64,000 nucleotides of DNA from Thermoplasmatota archaeon (GTDB taxonomy: Archaea > Thermoplasmatota > Thermoplasmata > Lutacidiplasmatales > JAMCUS01), in the NCBI GenBank assembly GCA_023379385.1, contig JAMCUS010000013.1:19770-83769 (forward strand). The letters run 5' to 3'. Positions within the stretch are counted from its first letter, which is position 1. Each line of letters opens with the position of its first letter. This document shows positions 61,174-64,000 of the stretch, piece by piece. The translations under genes and the position numbers were made by a program. A model generated the notes under the pieces. The model ran no database searches. It was not told the origin of the DNA and saw only the letters and a list, made by a program, of their open reading frames with translations.

Positions 61174-62424
61174 TTAACAACCACCTTTAGAAGTTATCAT
61201 CTGCTTGATGCTTAAACTTCGTGGGTATAACCCTGTACCCTCTATCCCGTTCGCAAAAGCTTCAGGTATTGCCTTTTTTATTATATTGTATGCACCGTTA
61301 AGATCTGCATGAATTATCTTGCCTAATCCTGATTGAAACGCACCTCTTTTTACTCTTTTACCCATGTAATTATCATGATGTTCTATGCTTTCGTTATCAA
61401 GGAAAGAGCATTTACTGGTATGGCTTTCATTCACTATTTTGACTTCTATTCCATGCTCTTCTGCCTTGTATTGTATTTGCTGTATCAGTTTATTGAAAGG
61501 AATCTGTACGAACTTCTGATTGTTTATCTTTCCAAGATTAGTATTTTGTTTCCAACCATCATTGTGTCCTATGACTGTTGTATCTACTTTTGATTTTATA
61601 GCGTAATTGATTATGGGTCTGGATGTTTTATGCATAAAGTTCTTTATCTTATGGTTCCTATTAATGAAGAGTTTCCGTATGTGTTTCGTTGACTTTTTTT
61701 CATTACCTTGCAGATCGTTTATGCCTCTGAGTCTGGATAGTTCTTTATTAAAGAATTGATTGGTTGATTTGAGCAATCCTGCCCTTACAGCAATCCCCTG
61801 TTCAAAGAGGTTGTTACCAATAGTTACAAGATTTCTCACGCCAATATCTATTCCCATGACCCTCTGCGGCTTTAGTGCAAATTGTTTTATTCCTGCTGTT
61901 TCTTTCGTGTACACAATCTCTATTACATAGCCGACTATTTGAGGTATTATCCTCACTTCTCTTAGATTTACATTTTCCAGTCCTGTTTTAACCTCCGATC
62001 CCATTATCTTCGGAAATTTTAATATGCCTTTATCAATTTTACATTGCTGATTTGTAAAAATCAGCATGAACTCACCGTTTTTATTTTTATAATGCGGTGA
62101 TCTCGGCATTTTTATAAATTTATCAGGATGTTTTTTCCATGTTTTCAAGGCTTTAAAGAACGGGTTCCATGATTGTATTGATATTTTAATAGTCCACTGT
62201 GCTGTCTGTGCAGGTAGTTTCTGATAATTATTATACTCCTCATTATCAGAAGGAATTGAGAGTTGTTTAGCAAGAACAGTATATTCGCTTAGTTTTTCAT
62301 GCCTTAAGAACTGATTCAATAGAATGTAATTAACCTGATTGTAGAGATTTTTAGAAAGATGACACATATGTGAAATAGTTTCATCCTTTTTAATGTATAT
62401 CTGTTCAGTCATTGTCACTTTCAT
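61174..62424 (-). CDS. tnpB: IS200/IS605 RNA-guided endonuclease TnpB (no adjacent tnpA)
   Basis: SKNLYN, GIDIG, QIPF..YKAE, ESHTSKCS, HADLNGAYNI; right end ATCATAAC at 61152. Confidence 0.93.
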   Translation of the reverse strand: MKVTMTEQIYIKKDETISHMCHLSKNLYNQVNYILLNQFLRHEKLSEYTVLAKQLSIPSDNEEYNNYQKLPAQTAQWTIKISIQSWNPFFKALKTWKKHPDKFIKMPRSPHYKNKNGEFMLIFTNQQCKIDKGILKFPKIMGSEVKTGLENVNLREVRIIPQIVGYVIEIVYTKETAGIKQFALKPQRVMGIDIGVRNLVTIGNNLFEQGIAVRAGLLKSTNQFFNKELSRLRGINDLQGNEKKSTKHIRKLFINRNHKIKNFMHKTSRPIINYAIKSKVDTTVIGHNDGWKQNTNLGKINNQKFVQIPFNKLIQQIQYKAEEHGIEVKIVNESHTSKCSFLDNESIEHHDNYMGKRVKRGAFQSGLGKIIHADLNGAYNIIKKAIPEAFANGIEGTGLYPRSLSIKQMITSKGGC

Positions 62425-62777
62425 AACCTACCTCTATTATTAACATATATATCATTAATGATTTATATAGTTACCAGTTTTACTTAGGCACTGTAATTTA
62501 ATCAGATGATTATTTATATCTAATTTTGATAAATAAGTTCTTATGTAAACACTTACGTTATTTATTCACAATGCCTTACTATATCAATTTTTCTATTTTG
62601 TTGAATCATTCACTTCTTTTACAGCCTGTCGAATAGCATAGTTAAATGAAATTTTTAAAGTGAAAATTGGGTAATAAAAGTTTTTGAAATACAATTAGCA
62701 AAATTAAATAGAAATATTTATATAGTGTAATTGTACATCTATTCCCAAAGATTAGTGAATTATAAAGGAGGAATAAA

Positions 62778-64000
62778 ATGTTGCATAAGAAAGATATGTT
62801 TGGATACGCAATAGTTGGATTGATTGTAGCGTTGTTTGTTGTTGGATTGTTAGGTGGTAGCAATGTATTGAACATTCTACCATCATCAAATTATGGATAC
62901 CCGGCAGCAACTCCATCTGTTTTATTAACGGCTACGCCTACCAATGGTACAGCACCCCTGAATGTTTCATTTAGTGTAGCTGTTAGCGGGCTGTATAGCA
63001 GTGTTACGAGTGTGGAGTGGTTTTTCGGTAATAATGTAACAGGTAGTACAACCGGTGTAAATACTACATATATATACAAAGTAGCTGGTACATATACAGC
63101 ACATGCTGTTGTAACGACTACCAGTAGTCTATATGGTAATTCTACTTATCCGTCTAATAACGTCACCATTAGTGTATTTACAGGATATGCAGTAACTTTT
63201 ACAGAAAGCGGATTGGCAAGTGGAACAGGCTGGAATGTAACGCTGAACAATGTTACACATAGCTCAACAACGGGAACAATAACGTTTACAGAGGTAAACG
63301 GAACATACAGTTATACAGTAGCCAATGTAACAGGATATACAGTAACGCCATCCGTCGGTAACGTAACGGTAAATGGTAAGGCAGTAGTTGTAAATGTGAC
63401 ATTCACACCTGTAGTAACACCATCTAAATATACAGTAACGTTTATGGAAAGTGGATTGGCAAGTGGAACAAGCTGGAGTGTAACGCTGAGCGGTAAGACA
63501 CAGAGTTCAACAACAGGAACAATAACGTTTACAGAGGTAAACGGAACGTACAGCTATACAGTAGCCAATGTATCTGGATACACGGTATCACCATTATCCG
63601 GTAGTGTAACGGTAAATGGCAAAGCGGTTGCTGCGAATGTGACATTCACACCTGTAGTAACACCATCTAAATATACAGTAACATTTACGGAAAGTGGATT
63701 GGCAAGTGGAACAAGCTGGAGTGTAACGCTGAGCGGTAAGACACAGAGTTCAACAACAGGAACAATAACGTTTACAGAGGTAAACGGAACGTACAGCTAT
63801 ACAGTAGCCAATGTATCTGGATACACGGTATCACCATTATCTGGTAGTGTACCGGTAAATGGCACGAATGCGTCTGTATCAGTAACCTTCAAATCCACAA
63901 CAACAACCACTGCAACTTCATCTAGCACGATCATTCTTGCATTAACAGCAATAGTCATAATTGCAGCAATAATAATTGTAGTAGTAGCTATTACAAGAAA
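62778..64000 (+). CDS. Cell-surface protein with PKD domain and FTESGL repeats (3'-truncated; absent from ORF track)
   Basis: GGAGG RBS, ATG 62778; signal peptide, GTAPLNVSF..WFFG..AGTY PKD, three repeats, TM helix at the window edge. Confidence 0.85.
   Translation, partial: MLHKKDMFGYAIVGLIVALFVVGLLGGSNVLNILPSSNYGYPAATPSVLLTATPTNGTAPLNVSFSVAVSGLYSSVTSVEWFFGNNVTGSTTGVNTTYIYKVAGTYTAHAVVTTTSSLYGNSTYPSNNVTISVFTGYAVTFTESGLASGTGWNVTLNNVTHSSTTGTITFTEVNGTYSYTVANVTGYTVTPSVGNVTVNGKAVVVNVTFTPVVTPSKYTVTFMESGLASGTSWSVTLSGKTQSSTTGTITFTEVNGTYSYTVANVSGYTVSPLSGSVTVNGKAVAANVTFTPVVTPSKYTVTFTESGLASGTSWSVTLSGKTQSSTTGTITFTEVNGTYSYTVANVSGYTVSPLSGSVPVNGTNASVSVTFKSTTTTTATSSSTIILALTAIVIIAAIIIVVVAITR
63393..63863 (+). 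repeat. Near-perfect 243-bp intragenic tandem duplication
   Basis: Two units differ at about four positions over ~225 bp; a more diverged unit precedes them. Confidence 0.9.

Noticed and set aside
62487-62629. GGCACTGTAA..TTACAGCC as an IS6-like MITE
   Set aside because: The inverted repeat is short and gapped and there is no second copy in the window; only the right-hand motif was used, as a possible empty target
63393-63863. Near-identical repeat pairs (here and 7205..7560) as DGR template/variable repeats
   Set aside because: Differences are not adenine-specific, both units are in-frame coding, and no reverse transcriptase gene is in the window
1-64000. CRISPR array
   Set aside because: No run of equal-length direct repeats separated by unique spacers was seen, and no cas genes

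Overview
AT-rich archaeal chromosome segment. The gene content (Orc1/Cdc6 x2, Rpo6, S3Ae, SRP54, RaSEA, CTP-dependent RibK, plus gyrase A and GrpE, thermopsin-like and acidophile-type surface proteins) points by inference to a Thermoplasmata-like acidophile. Most of the window is housekeeping genes with broken operons, large secreted repeat proteins, and Sulfolobales-type respiratory genes (cbsA; soxL-soxN) plus an uncharacterised six-gene membrane Fe-S cluster. Three tRNAs are present; two carry 13-nt non-canonical T-loop (59/60) introns. The most striking signal is a ~533-bp transposase-deleted IS110/IS1111-type element in two copies. It retains subterminal inverted repeats and a two-loop bridge/seek-RNA-like 3' non-coding region whose loops match its own end junction and, partly, its target. 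That target is the terminal inverted repeat of another small mobile element. Also present: one full-length tnpB, several tnpB 3'-end remnants and a 184-bp MITE in two copies. All calls were made by eye from motifs; no searches or folding programs were run.
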